This document shows, one piece after another, positions 47,236 to 57,196 of a DNA stretch of 64,000 nt. The stretch lies in IMG/VR virus record IMGVR_UViG_2880412407_000002; one strand, 5' to 3'. The first letter of the stretch is position 1. Each line of letters begins with the position of its first letter. Made by a program: the position numbers and the translations under genes. The notes beneath the pieces are model-generated. The model saw only the letters and a program-made list of their open reading frames with translations. It ran no database searches and was not told where the DNA came from. Origin of the DNA: a virus (Duplodnaviria; Heunggongvirae; Uroviricota; Caudoviricetes).

Positions 47236-49707
47236 TCAAAAATCAGCCTGACTCGGGAGCAGTTTTTGCCAGATGGCTGAAACGTATTTCGCCTGGTAAC
47301 GTGCATCGTTCAGAGCGTTATGGCGTTCACCTTCGAATGGAATAGTCGTTCTTGCGTCGAAATCCATCACCAGTCCCAGAGCAACCATCGTTCTTACATC
47401 GCGATCATTGGTGTAACGCCATGGGCAGGGGATCCCCTGCCGTTCATATGAACGGCGTAAAATCACGTTGTCGAAAGTTGCACCGTTACCCCAGACCTGA
47501 ACAAAAAATTCACCGGAGTTTTCGTCGATAAATTCCCGTAATTGCAGCAGTGCATCATCTAACGGGATTTCATCGGTAAGAATGGCGGATTGCGCTTCGC
47601 GTGACTGTTTCAGCCACCACTTAATGGTGTCCCGATCAATGACTCCGCCAGCAGTTTCCAGATCGATAGTTTTGCTGAATTCTGGCCCCATCTCTCCGGT
47701 TTGCGGATCGAAAAATATTGCACCTATTGAGATAATCGGGGCATCAGGATTTTTTCCCATTGTTTCAAGGTCAATCATCAGATGGTGCCACAACCTGCTG
47801 GTGGATGAGATTTCATGATGACCGTTCACTTTAATTAAGGGATTTGCTGTTTCGCCAGTTTTATTATCGCTGGCGTGATACTGATCGCTGCCAGTGTTCT
47901 CCTTGTGCAGATGTTCAGTGCCTTCCATTTCCTCCGGATCATTTTTCTGAGCTTCAGCCTGATTCTCTTCATCGAATGTTTCCAGGTAGGTTGCGTTCCC
48001 CATCACCGCACCACAGTCAGGACAGTTGCCGCCACCGGTCTGACCGCATGCGGTGCAAACTTTTTCCAGTTCCTGTTGCACTGCTGGTTCTGGTTGTTGT
48101 TCTTCTGGCCCGTTTTGTTGCGTATCCGGGCTGTTTTGTTCCGCTTCTGGCTCATTTTGTTTCACGTTGGGCTGATTCTGGTCCTCAGCGTCGCGACTCT
48201 GGATCCCTTTCACCCATTTCGGATCATTCGGGTCGCTAATCCCTTCAACAAATTCACCACGTGATGCAGCAAGCAATTTATCGGCGTCAGGCTGGCTGAT
48301 ATTGGCTGCCTGCATAATTTTGTTTACTTCGTCAGCGGTAACTTTTACCGGCTCTGATTGTTCGGAATCTTCAGCGGTATCCACATTTTGCGGTAAGCCC
48401 GTGTATGTGCCATTTTTTCGGGCAAAATATTCTTCTTTTGAGATTTCGGTACCGCCGGCAGCCAGCGCCTTGTCCAGACCAGAAAGTTTGTTTGCCCTGC
48501 CGTATTTTTCCCCGCCCTTATCGGTAAAGACGAAATAAAATGGTCCTTCACGCTCTACAGATGGTTCAGCTTCCACCAGGATTTCATTTTTTTGAGTATC
48601 GGATTCTGCCGTCTCCACTGGAGCAGTTTGTGCTGCTGACGGCTGGAGAGCATCAGTAGAGCTCTGGTCTGTTTCTTCATGTTCAAACACGCCCTTTGTC
48701 GTCAGGTATTCACTGATATATTTGTTCAGTGCAACGGGATCTTTGTGAATATCGATCGGACGTTCGCGAACAAGGCCAAAAATAGTCTGACGGTCATAGC
48801 CAAGTGCTTCGGGCTGTTTGCGCATTGATGCTGAGATACGCTTCCAGTCTTCGCGATCCTTGTCGATAACCTCATTTGTCGCCCAGCGATGGATGGTACC
48901 GTCAATGTTTCCTGCATCCACATCACCGGGCCAGAGGGCGCAGGCCAGTTCATTGTCGAGTGTTTTCCATGTCTGTTTGTATTCGCGGCGAATGGCAACA
49001 GTGACAGCCCCGGTTTTTTCAGCAGCGTTTTCAGTGTTCTGTTGGTTGACTCTGGCGCGGGTGAGATCAACAACAGACGTGTATTTTCCGGTTTCCTTGC
49101 GTTCACCTTCGCGACGTTTTTTCCAGATGCGCATCTCTGCCTGAATTTCAGGCCATTTAGCGCCAGGCTCACATTTATGCTTAACCCACCCGATGGCATG
49201 CAGTTTAAGTTCAGGATACATGGCGTTAACTTCTGGCATTTTCATCAACGCTTCAACGATATGTCCGCCGAATGTTGCCATGTCTTCCTGTAGTAATTCC
49301 TGTGCGCTAATCACCATATCAACGGTGATGTTTTCGCATGTGTCGAATTTAACCAGGACTGCGTTCTGTACTTCAGGGGACAGCTTGTCAAAATTGACGT
49401 TCATCGGATCGGATTCTGGTTCGACCGGTACAAAGGAAGCTGACTCCTCATCCCAGCGGTTTTCCTGCATATATTCGGTATCCCAGGAATCGAGGGCAGG
49501 GCGGGGTATGCCGGGTTTATCCTCGCAGACAATAAATTTATAAGCGCAGTCCTGAGCTGCCGGGAATTGCTCCAGAAATTGCCAGTGAAATTTTGCGCGT
49601 GCGCGACGCTCATCACCGGCTTCAATGGCAGTGGCCACCGCAACAGCGCTATCTTCTTTTATGGCCTGTTCGTCAGGAATAGCAGCGCAAATAAAGATTT
49701 TACTCAT
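47236..49707 (-). CDS. Large phage exonuclease-like protein (DnaQ-like C-terminal domain), divergent paralog
   Basis: 823 aa; conserved termini, divergent acidic central region relative to 1308-3743. Confidence 0.65.
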   Translation of the reverse strand: MSKIFICAAIPDEQAIKEDSAVAVATAIEAGDERRARAKFHWQFLEQFPAAQDCAYKFIVCEDKPGIPRPALDSWDTEYMQENRWDEESASFVPVEPESDPMNVNFDKLSPEVQNAVLVKFDTCENITVDMVISAQELLQEDMATFGGHIVEALMKMPEVNAMYPELKLHAIGWVKHKCEPGAKWPEIQAEMRIWKKRREGERKETGKYTSVVDLTRARVNQQNTENAAEKTGAVTVAIRREYKQTWKTLDNELACALWPGDVDAGNIDGTIHRWATNEVIDKDREDWKRISASMRKQPEALGYDRQTIFGLVRERPIDIHKDPVALNKYISEYLTTKGVFEHEETDQSSTDALQPSAAQTAPVETAESDTQKNEILVEAEPSVEREGPFYFVFTDKGGEKYGRANKLSGLDKALAAGGTEISKEEYFARKNGTYTGLPQNVDTAEDSEQSEPVKVTADEVNKIMQAANISQPDADKLLAASRGEFVEGISDPNDPKWVKGIQSRDAEDQNQPNVKQNEPEAEQNSPDTQQNGPEEQQPEPAVQQELEKVCTACGQTGGGNCPDCGAVMGNATYLETFDEENQAEAQKNDPEEMEGTEHLHKENTGSDQYHASDNKTGETANPLIKVNGHHEISSTSRLWHHLMIDLETMGKNPDAPIISIGAIFFDPQTGEMGPEFSKTIDLETAGGVIDRDTIKWWLKQSREAQSAILTDEIPLDDALLQLREFIDENSGEFFVQVWGNGATFDNVILRRSYERQGIPCPWRYTNDRDVRTMVALGLVMDFDARTTIPFEGERHNALNDARYQAKYVSAIWQKLLPSQADF

Positions 49708-49800
49708 TGTGTTTTAACCTCATTACAGATTTAAGGGTGAACAAATCCCTGCCATTGCTGGCATATAAAAATGAAACCGGATATTAATTACGGTGCTGTT

Positions 49801-49992
49801 TTAAAGTCCTGCCGGTATTTCGTTATTATTAGTGTGAGTAGTTTTATCTACCGGATAACAGTTACCGGGAATTTTTTGTTCTGCTGCTGCAGCCATGCAT
49901 TCTTTCATTGAACCGTATAAGCCAGTCACCAGCTCAAGAGATTCGCCGGAAACAAGATAAACTGTCAGAACGAGTGCAAATGTTGTATTCAT
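49801..49992 (-). CDS. Small protein, YdfD-like
   Basis: 63-aa ORF homologous to 3824-4033. Confidence 0.4.
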   Translation of the reverse strand: MNTTFALVLTVYLVSGESLELVTGLYGSMKECMAAAAEQKIPGNCYPVDKTTHTNNNEIPAGL

Positions 49993-50177
49993 TGTTTATA
50001 TCCTTTTTGCAGCAGGTCCAGACGAGCCAGCATTGAAGGAATGCATACTTCATTTAACAGGTCCTGCTCGAGTTTTCTCTGCTTAATGGCGTCTTCAATA
50101 AATGTTTTGTCTCCAGTGATAACGCCAATTTCGAAACGAAGTTCAGACGTGCTGGCATTACATGATAACTTTTCCAT
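49989..50177 (-). CDS. dicB: DicB-like cell-division inhibitor (divergent)
   Basis: 62-aa ORF MEKLSCNASTSELRFEIGV...SMLARLDLL downstream of DicF. Confidence 0.5.
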   Translation of the reverse strand: MEKLSCNASTSELRFEIGVITGDKTFIEDAIKQRKLEQDLLNEVCIPSMLARLDLLQKGYKQ

Positions 50178-50356
50178 TATCGCGTCCTCAACAATGAATT
50201 TTGTGATGCGGTGCCTGGTGCCTTCAGGTGACGTTAACCAGTTAACAATTAACGCCGGATACAGAGCATTCTCGTTACTCAGCAAATGACCGCTTTACCG
50301 ATTTAACTGTTCCGCGTGCGCTGAGCCGCATTCACCGCATCACAAAATTCACTTTT

Positions 50357-50414
50357 AAAAAAGGGCGGCAGAGCAGTCACGGAGTAAAACTGATACCGCC
50401 AAATGTCACCAGAA
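50357..50414 (-). ncRNA. dicF: DicF sRNA
   Basis: Minus strand reads uucuggugacauuuggcgguaucaguuuuacuccgugacugcucugccgcccuuuuuu, recalled as matching E. coli DicF. Confidence 0.7.
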
Positions 50415-50748
50415 TATTGATAACAGAGGGCGTTGCAGCGGGGTTGTCACTTAAGCGTATGGTCAACCTGACAACCCGGTGTCCTCAACGGGGAAAGAAT
50501 AACCCCGCCATACTTACCGCCGCGCCATTTCGCGGATTGCCACAACCGGAAGCGCACGGTCGAATTAAATTTAACGACGGCTCTAAGGGAGAAGGACTTC
50601 GCCGTGCACTTTCGTGTTATGCCCTGACTTTTCAGGGATATATCCTTTCAGTAAACTGTCAGTGCCGGATTCTTATCTGTGTCCGGCGCACGACCACACG
50701 TAGCAGCGTGTTGGTCTCCATTTTTAATTCAGCCCTTAATGGAGGATA

Positions 50749-50936
50749 AAATGCCAAACAAACCATGCCCTGCCTGTAACGCTCTTTCTGGCTTTTTAGA
50801 GAAGGGCGGTTATTACATTTTTAACTGTCCAGAACATGTTGAATTTCATATATCAAAACTTGACAGTATCATTACAAAGCCAAATCAGTATCAGTCTGAT
50901 TTACTGAATAAAGAGTTAAACGCCGCCCGAGATTAA
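50749..50936 (+). CDS. Small zinc-ribbon-like protein (CPAC...CPEH)
   Basis: 61-aa ORF with GGAGG RBS. Confidence 0.35.
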
Positions 50937-51122
50937 TGGCGTAGTGGCCCATTAAAAATATTGCAAAGACCAACTATTGTTGAACTGGATTAAACCAGTA
51001 ATTCTCTATTGCTCTTATTGTTACCATCGGATGATTGCCGGGGGTTATTTTAAGTTCGGGAGGAAAAGGCTCTCCATCAGCAGCCATCATTGAGTATGTG
51101 AAATCCGCCGACGCAGTCCCTT

Positions 51123-51512
51123 TCATGATAATTCCGAATTTTTCAAGTAATGAGAGCAGTTCCGGTAATCCTGTGTCATCTGAATAACTTTCCTCATAGA
51201 AAGAAGCGATTGCCGCAGGAGATGACAGTTCTCGCTCTGCAATTTTTTTGTAGTTTTCCAGAATTCTTTTTTTGAATACTTTTCCTCGACATGAAAACCC
51301 ATCACCGAGGCAATCCGCTTTGCAGTTTCTTCAGTATTCTGGTTGTTTGTTACCGAAACAGAGTACAATCCGGTAAACGCATCGCGCACATTACGAGCCA
51401 TATTATCAATGTATTTCTTCGTTGCAGATTCTAATTCAACTTCGTTCAGACGTTGGTGAAGTGCATGTGCTGCAATTTCCTGGATTTCTTTTAGTAAATC
51501 TTTAAATTCCAT
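51123..51512 (-). CDS. Hypothetical early-left protein (N-terminus conserved with 4958-5347)
   Basis: 129-aa ORF. Confidence 0.35.
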   Translation of the reverse strand: MEFKDLLKEIQEIAAHALHQRLNEVELESATKKYIDNMARNVRDAFTGLYSVSVTNNQNTEETAKRIASVMGFHVEEKYSKKEFWKTTKKLQSENCHLLRQSLLSMRKVIQMTQDYRNCSHYLKNSELS

Positions 51513-51532
51513 CTTTAACTCCGTTAGTCGTT

Positions 51533-51652
51533 AGATTTTGCCGAACTGGAAAGCGCCTGTTTAAACTCACTGAAGCTGAGAGCTTCCTCGCCTTCGGCAA
51601 GGCCTTCGAAGTATTCTTCGTAAGCCTTTTCCATGATTGTGTCGAAATCCAT
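51533..51652 (-). CDS. Small acidic protein
   Basis: 39-aa ORF MDFDTIMEKAYEEYFEGLAEGEEALSFSEFKQALSSSAKS, absent from the ORF track. Confidence 0.35.
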
Positions 51653-51653
51653 A

Positions 51654-51809
51654 TCACTCACCTGAGTTTCTTTCCAGCCAGCGACGGGCACCATTTTCGG
51701 TTTTAAACGTTTTGCTTTTGGTATACGTCATCGCGGTGAATGTACCGTCCTGGTTGGGAAACACGCCGTACACCAGAGATTCGTTGTTGCCAAGATCGAT
51801 AGTATCCAT
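51654..51809 (-). CDS. YdfA-like small protein
   Basis: 51-aa ORF MDTIDLGNNESLVYGVFPNQDGTFTAMTYTKSKTFKTENGARRWLERNSGE. Confidence 0.5.
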   Translation of the reverse strand: MDTIDLGNNESLVYGVFPNQDGTFTAMTYTKSKTFKTENGARRWLERNSGE

Positions 51810-52085
51810 GTTGACCTCATTTCCCCTTAACGCCGGGTAGCGGAACAAAAACCTGCTGCATAGTTATTAAAGTTGAACCCTGCCGTCATGTTCATACGCC
51901 TCGGGCTGGCTACTTACCCCCTGACCACTGCCTGGTAACTCGAAGTATTGCCCGGCGTTCTGTGGGGCGGGGTGGGTGGTTGGTGTATGTAATCTACAAT
52001 TAAAAACTGTTTTGTGTCAACAGTTTTTAATTGTTGTTTTGGGCAAAAAAATCCCTCGAAAGAGGGAGTATGAAAATTGTTCAAC

Positions 52086-52373
52086 TCAGATAGAGAAGGG
52101 AAATTGTCGCCGAGAATGTGTCACGCTTACAATCTCAATGCTTGAAGCAGCTACTCTGTACAGGATTATGTAGTTAGGGTGGGTCACGATCTCTCTCAAT
52201 CCAGAAACCCGTTCGCTTGGTGGATATAAGTACGGATGCTCAGATAGAGGTAATACCGATGTTTCAATGCGTATTTTTAGTCTACGTGCTGCCGGTGGGT
52301 TCTCCTTGGCGATGTAAGTTATGATCTGGCGCAAATCATCGCGAGCAGACGGTAGCCATAAAATGGGTAACAT
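52086..52373 (-). CDS. Type II toxin, ParE/RelE family
   Basis: 95-aa ORF whose ATG overlaps the upstream antitoxin stop by 1 nt. Confidence 0.6.
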   Translation of the reverse strand: MLPILWLPSARDDLRQIITYIAKENPPAARRLKIRIETSVLPLSEHPYLYPPSERVSGLREIVTHPNYIILYRVAASSIEIVSVTHSRRQFPFSI

Positions 52374-52564
52374 TACTCGCTCTTGTTAGTTACAGCAATT
52401 TGAGCAATAAGATTTTCCATTTCAGCCATTACCTCGTCATGTGGAATTGCGGGGCGAGTGTCTGCAAGGCTTGACGTTACTTTAGTGCGCAACCATTCGT
52501 TGTAACTGTTTTCTTGTTCGGTAGTTTCGAATTCTGAAACTATCGGAGAAAGGGCTGTACCCAT
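52373..52564 (-). CDS. Type II antitoxin partner
   Basis: 63-aa acidic ORF immediately upstream of the toxin in an operon. Confidence 0.5.
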   Translation of the reverse strand: MGTALSPIVSEFETTEQENSYNEWLRTKVTSSLADTRPAIPHDEVMAEMENLIAQIAVTNKSE

Positions 52565-52591
52565 GGCATAACTCCTCTTCTTGTACTGTGG

Positions 52592-52993
52592 TCACGCCCG
52601 GCGGCTTTTTTGTGCCGCCAGCCACCTAGCAATGGTTTCTTCCATTGATTTTTTCTTGTCTTTGATTTCTTGAAGCATTTTTTCTTGGTCTTCCTCAGGA
52701 AACGCACTAAAAGCTTGGAGCAGTTCGCGTTGGCGAGGACCAATTTTCATCGTGTCAGGGGTGAAAATTTGCTCACACTCTTCAGGAGGCAATAAAAACC
52801 AATGCAATGGATGCCCTGAAACCTCAACCAGTTTATCCAAACTTGAGGCTTTAGGTGTAGCCTTACCGCTGACCCATTGTTGAACAGTTTGTTGTGTCAC
52901 ACCAATTCTACGGGCAAGCTCAGCCTGGCTCCATCCAGTTTCCTGAAGAAGCTTGCTGATTCTGTACATAGATACTTCTAGGGCGCTCATCAT
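52592..52993 (-). CDS. Prophage repressor (HTH_XRE, DicA/CI-like)
   Basis: 133 aa with HTH (QAELARRIGVTQQTVQQWVSG); divergent from the Cro-like gene. Confidence 0.7.
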   Translation of the reverse strand: MMSALEVSMYRISKLLQETGWSQAELARRIGVTQQTVQQWVSGKATPKASSLDKLVEVSGHPLHWFLLPPEECEQIFTPDTMKIGPRQRELLQAFSAFPEEDQEKMLQEIKDKKKSMEETIARWLAAQKSRRA

Positions 52994-53000
52994 TATTCAA

Positions 53001-53064
53001 TTTTACAGGTAAATACTGTTAAAAGCACCACAATAAAAAACTGTTGATTGCATACAGTTTTTTA
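53001..53064. promoter_or_regulatory. Operator-like inverted repeats in the divergent promoter region
   Basis: TTTACAGgtaaataCTGTTAAA and AAAAACTGTtgattgcatACAGTTTTT between the repressor and Cro-like genes. Confidence 0.4.
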
Positions 53065-53101
53065 TTGTAGGCTTTGCTTATAGTTTTTAGAGGAGGGCAA
53101 A

Positions 53102-53374
53102 ATGCTAGATAGCACTCGCGAAAAAATTAGGCAGAAATACACTCAGGCTGAAATAGGTCGTTATATGGGGGTCGCTCAACAGACTGTTTGGCAATGGTTT
53201 AGCTTTGGCGTTCCCCCAAAGCAGGTAATTCCGTTATGCCAACTAATGAAGTGGGAAGTTACCCCGCATGAAATCCGCCCAGATATTTATCCTAACCCAA
53301 CCGACGGTTTACCTGTTGGATGTAAGGTTAACACATCAAATGCGCCGGAGTTGATTCATGAAAATCAAGCATGA
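53102..53374 (+). CDS. Cro-like HTH protein
   Basis: 90-aa ORF with HTH (RYMGVAQQTVWQW). Confidence 0.6.
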   Translation: MLDSTREKIRQKYTQAEIGRYMGVAQQTVWQWFSFGVPPKQVIPLCQLMKWEVTPHEIRPDIYPNPTDGLPVGCKVNTSNAPELIHENQA

Positions 53375-53783
53375 ACACATCCGCATGGCGATGAATGCCT
53401 GGGCGCATCCGGACGGCGAAAAAGTACCGGCTGCGAAAATTACCAAAGCGTATTTCGAGCTGGGAATGACGTTCCCGGAACTGTATGACGACAGCCATCC
53501 GGAAGCCATGGCTCGCAATACTCAGAAAATTTTCCGCTGGGTGGAGAAAGACACTCCTGATGCGGTTAAAAAAATTCAGGCGTTGTTACCAGCGATCGAA
53601 AAAGCGATGCCGCCTCCGCTGGTGGCCCGAATGCGCAGCCACAGTTCCGCTTATTTTCGGGAGTTGGTAGAGACGAAGGAACGGCTGGTGAAAGATATTG
53701 ATGATTTCGTTGCATCAGCGATCGTTCTGTTCGATCAGATGAATCGTGGTGGCCCGGCAGGAAACACTCTGGCTGTGCATTAA
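53358..53783 (+). CDS. ydaT: YdaT-like protein
   Basis: 141 aa, about 85 percent identical to 6746-7171. Confidence 0.6.
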   Translation: MKIKHEHIRMAMNAWAHPDGEKVPAAKITKAYFELGMTFPELYDDSHPEAMARNTQKIFRWVEKDTPDAVKKIQALLPAIEKAMPPPLVARMRSHSSAYFRELVETKERLVKDIDDFVASAIVLFDQMNRGGPAGNTLAVH

Positions 53784-53796
53784 TTGGGTAATAAAT

Positions 53797-54306
53797 ATGA
53801 GTAATGACAAAAAATTGACACTGAGCGTTTACGAAAACAGTCCGCACATCTGGCGTGGCGGTTTATCTGATGTGGAGCTGGCAGAGTGGTTGATACATAA
53901 AGCTAATGCGCTGCTCTGGCGTTTGTCAGCCAGAGAACAGCGCAAGGAAACCAGAATAAAGCTGGCTGATGCAGAAGCGTGTGCCGGGCTTATTGAGGAT
54001 TATACAAATCTTGGTATTTCTTCAGCAGAGAGTGATCCCATTCAGCCTCTGAGCAGGGAGTCAATCCAGCACGCTGGTTGTATGGCACATCTTGTAACTG
54101 CTCGTCAACATGAGGTGGGTATTGGATCACTTCCGGTGGGATATTCGCTGATTCCAGAGCTGGTTGAAGCAAGAAAATCAGTTCAGAAAAAGAGAGATGA
54201 CGCACTTCAATTATTGAGAGAGCACTATGGCGCGATACCAGAATGCGAACAGCATCGATACCCTGAAGGTTATGAATGGATGCAGTCTCTTTTTGAAGTT
54301 CGCTAA
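53797..54306 (+). CDS. Hypothetical protein
   Basis: 169-aa ORF from ATG 53797. Confidence 0.4.
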   Translation: MSNDKKLTLSVYENSPHIWRGGLSDVELAEWLIHKANALLWRLSAREQRKETRIKLADAEACAGLIEDYTNLGISSAESDPIQPLSRESIQHAGCMAHLVTARQHEVGIGSLPVGYSLIPELVEARKSVQKKRDDALQLLREHYGAIPECEQHRYPEGYEWMQSLFEVR

Positions 54307-54523
54307 TCAATATGTCGAGACGAAGGTATGTTTCGGCGCGCAGCCAGGCTCTGTAATCCGGGAGCATTTCGGGGCTGTTACACCAGCGGTTTGTTGCTGC
54401 AACATTTAATACATGAGCCTGATAAAGGCTTTTCAAAAAATACATGTCGAACCTCCTCTGGTTCTGTCGATTGGGAACCACAGATTATATCCGGAGGAAG
54501 GTTCGGCACCAGATGAGGTAGCC

Positions 54524-55648
54524 ATGCGTGATTACGCAAAAGTTTCTCCGCGATTCTGGCTGGGAGAAACGGGGAGAGAACTTAGAAAGGCGGGTGCAGA
54601 AGCGCAAGTTGTTGCTTTTTACCTGATGACATCCCCTCACGCAAATATGCTGGGTTTGTATTACCTGCCAGTTTTATACCTTGCTCATGAAACCGGGCTT
54701 GGTCTGGAAGGGGCTTCAAAGGGGCTTAAAAGGGCTGTTGAAGCTGGTTTTTGTAGCTATGACCATGATGCAGAGATGGTCTGGGTCCATGAAATGGCAG
54801 CCTGGCAGGTTGGGGAAACGTTGAAGCCTGGCGATAACCGTTGTGCAGGTGTCAGGAATGAGTATGCATCATTACCTGAAAACGCTTTTCTGTCAGTGTT
54901 TTACGACAGATATAAAACGGATTTCCATCTGGATGTGAGGCGGAATAATAGCCGAAATTCGGTAAGGGGCTTCGAAGGGGCTTTTAAGGGGCTTCGAAGC
55001 CAAGAACAGGAACTGGAGCAGGAGAAAGAACAGGAACAGGACAAAAACACTATGGTTCATGGCAAAAAAAACACCACGAACCAGGCAGGGGATGTTCAGA
55101 CCGTCAATCCTGGTCAGCCAGCAGGCACGACACCGGAAGCCGATTCAGCGTATGCGCTGAAAGCCGATTCGGGCGCTGTGCAGCAGGTGATGACCGCAGG
55201 GTCGGAGCAATCACACCAACTGCAGCAGCCTGAAGCCGATTCCGCCATTCAGCGGGAAGCCGATCGGGTAGTCCCGGAAAGCACCGGGCAGTCTGTGGGA
55301 CGAGTGGATTATCCGGATGTGTTCGAACAGGTCTGGCGGGAATACCCGTTGCGTGCTGGGGCAAACCCGAAGAAATCCGCTTTCAGTGCCTGGAAGGCCA
55401 GATTGCGCGAGGGGGTGCCACCAGAGACCATGCTGGATGGTGTGAGGCGTTACGCGAGATACCTGGCGGCGACCGGGAAAGCGGGAACGGAATTTGTTCA
55501 GCGAGCGACGACGTTTTTTGGGCCGGACCGGAATTTTGAAAACCCCTGGTTGCTCCCGGTAAGCGGCACGAACAACCAGCGTTGTGTGAATCATATTTCT
55601 GAACCGGATACCGAAATTCCGCCGGGATTCAGGGGTGATGTGGCATGA
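54524..55648 (+). CDS. Replication initiation protein (O-like) with internal iterons
   Basis: AGGT RBS; C-terminal 200 aa shared with 7243-8313; followed by a DnaC-like gene. Confidence 0.55.
   Translation: MRDYAKVSPRFWLGETGRELRKAGAEAQVVAFYLMTSPHANMLGLYYLPVLYLAHETGLGLEGASKGLKRAVEAGFCSYDHDAEMVWVHEMAAWQVGETLKPGDNRCAGVRNEYASLPENAFLSVFYDRYKTDFHLDVRRNNSRNSVRGFEGAFKGLRSQEQELEQEKEQEQDKNTMVHGKKNTTNQAGDVQTVNPGQPAGTTPEADSAYALKADSGAVQQVMTAGSEQSHQLQQPEADSAIQREADRVVPESTGQSVGRVDYPDVFEQVWREYPLRAGANPKKSAFSAWKARLREGVPPETMLDGVRRYARYLAATGKAGTEFVQRATTFFGPDRNFENPWLLPVSGTNNQRCVNHISEPDTEIPPGFRGDVA
54708..54994. repeat. Iteron-like repeats AAGGGGCTT, two clusters of three
   Basis: Clusters at 54708-54736 and 54964-54994 inside the replication gene. 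Confidence 0.45.
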
Positions 55649-56385
55649 AAAACATTGCGGCAGCCGGGGTTCTTGAACGTATTCGCAGACTTGCACCACA
55701 GGCGTCGGTTCCACCGTACCGGACGGTGGAGGAGTGGCGGGAATGGCAACTTGCTGAAGGACGAAAACGCAGCGAGGAGATTAACCGCCAGAATCACCAG
55801 TTGCGGGTGGAAAAAATCCTGAATCGTTCGGGCATCCAGCCTCTGCACAGCAAATGCTCGTTTGCGAATTATCAGGTGCAGAACGACGGGCAAAAATACG
55901 CGCTGAGCCAGGCCAAATCCATAGCTGACGAACTGATGACCGGGTGCACGAATTTTGTGTTCAGCGGTAAAACCGGCACCGGGAAAAATCACCTTGCAGC
56001 GGCGATGGGTAACCGGCTGATGGCGAAGGGGCGCAGCGTGATTATCGTCACCGTGTCTGATGTCATGAGCGTGTTGCATGACAGCTACGACAACGGCAAA
56101 TCCGGGGAAAAATTTTTACAGGAGCTTTGCAGTGTTGATTTGCTGGTCCTGGATGAAATAGGCGTTCAGCGGGAGACGAAAAACGAGCAGGTGGTATTAC
56201 ACCAGATAATTGATCGCCGGACAGCATCACTGTGCAGTGTCGGGATGTTAACAAACCTGAATCATGCCGCAATGAGTACACTTCTTGGTGAGAGGATTAT
56301 GGACCGCATGACCATGAACGGTGGTCGATGGGTGACGTTTAACTGGGATAGCTGGCGGTCAAACGTTGGACGTCAGGGTATGTGA
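55645..56385 (+). CDS. DnaC-like helicase loader (IstB-like AAA+ ATPase)
   Basis: 246 aa with Walker A (SGKTGTGKNHLA) and Walker B (LLVLDEIG). Confidence 0.8.
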   Translation: MKNIAAAGVLERIRRLAPQASVPPYRTVEEWREWQLAEGRKRSEEINRQNHQLRVEKILNRSGIQPLHSKCSFANYQVQNDGQKYALSQAKSIADELMTGCTNFVFSGKTGTGKNHLAAAMGNRLMAKGRSVIIVTVSDVMSVLHDSYDNGKSGEKFLQELCSVDLLVLDEIGVQRETKNEQVVLHQIIDRRTASLCSVGMLTNLNHAAMSTLLGERIMDRMTMNGGRWVTFNWDSWRSNVGRQGM

Positions 56386-56410
56386 GAATTTTTGACGAGG
56401 TAAATTTTCG

Positions 56411-57181
56411 ATGGAAACTGTATTGCATGCACTGAAAGCGATGGGAAAAGCCAATTCTGTTGAACTGGCGGCGCGGCTTGATATCAGCCGTGAAGAAGTT
56501 CTTAACGAACTGTGGGAACTCAAAAAAAATGGCGTTGTTGATAAAACGGGTCACACCTGGTTTCTGGCTGGCGAAGGTGAATCCCGGGTAACCGAAGAGC
56601 GGCCAGTAAAATCTGAAGCACAGGATATGCTGACCGGGGAGGTCGAACAAAAAGTTACCGCAGACATGATGATTGAGTTTATCGGTCAGGATGGGGCTAA
56701 AACGTGTGAGGAACTGGCGGGTAAGTTCGGTGTCAGTACTCGCAAGGTTGCTTCCACGCTGGCGGTGGTAACCGCAACGGGGCGGCTGGCACGCGTTAAT
56801 CAGAACGGTAAATTTCGTTACTGCATGCCGGGCGATAATTTACCAGCAGAGCCGAAAGCCGCGCTGGTAACGGAAAGTGATGGTAAGGCCTTTCCTCAGC
56901 CAGCAGGTGCTGCGTTACCAGTCCGGGAAGCCGCAACACAGGAAGAAATTAAAACAGAAACTGTGGCGGACATTGTGCAGCCGTTGCCATCGTTTACCGA
57001 AACGCAAGCAGATGAGCTGATTTTTCCGTCCCTTCGCAGGGCAAACCTGGCGCTGCGCAGGGCGAAAAGTGATGTTCAGAAGTGGGAGCGAGTCTGCGCC
57101 GCGCTGCGGGAGCTGAACAAGCACCGGGATATTGTTCGACAGATTACTGATTCTTCCCGCCGTGTTGTATCGGAAAAGTGA
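56411..57181 (+). CDS. Hypothetical protein with two winged-helix-like repeats
   Basis: 256-aa ORF after the helicase loader. Confidence 0.45.
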   Translation: METVLHALKAMGKANSVELAARLDISREEVLNELWELKKNGVVDKTGHTWFLAGEGESRVTEERPVKSEAQDMLTGEVEQKVTADMMIEFIGQDGAKTCEELAGKFGVSTRKVASTLAVVTATGRLARVNQNGKFRYCMPGDNLPAEPKAALVTESDGKAFPQPAGAALPVREAATQEEIKTETVADIVQPLPSFTETQADELIFPSLRRANLALRRAKSDVQKWERVCAALRELNKHRDIVRQITDSSRRVVSEK

Positions 57182-57196
57182 TTGCCGGAGGCGCTT

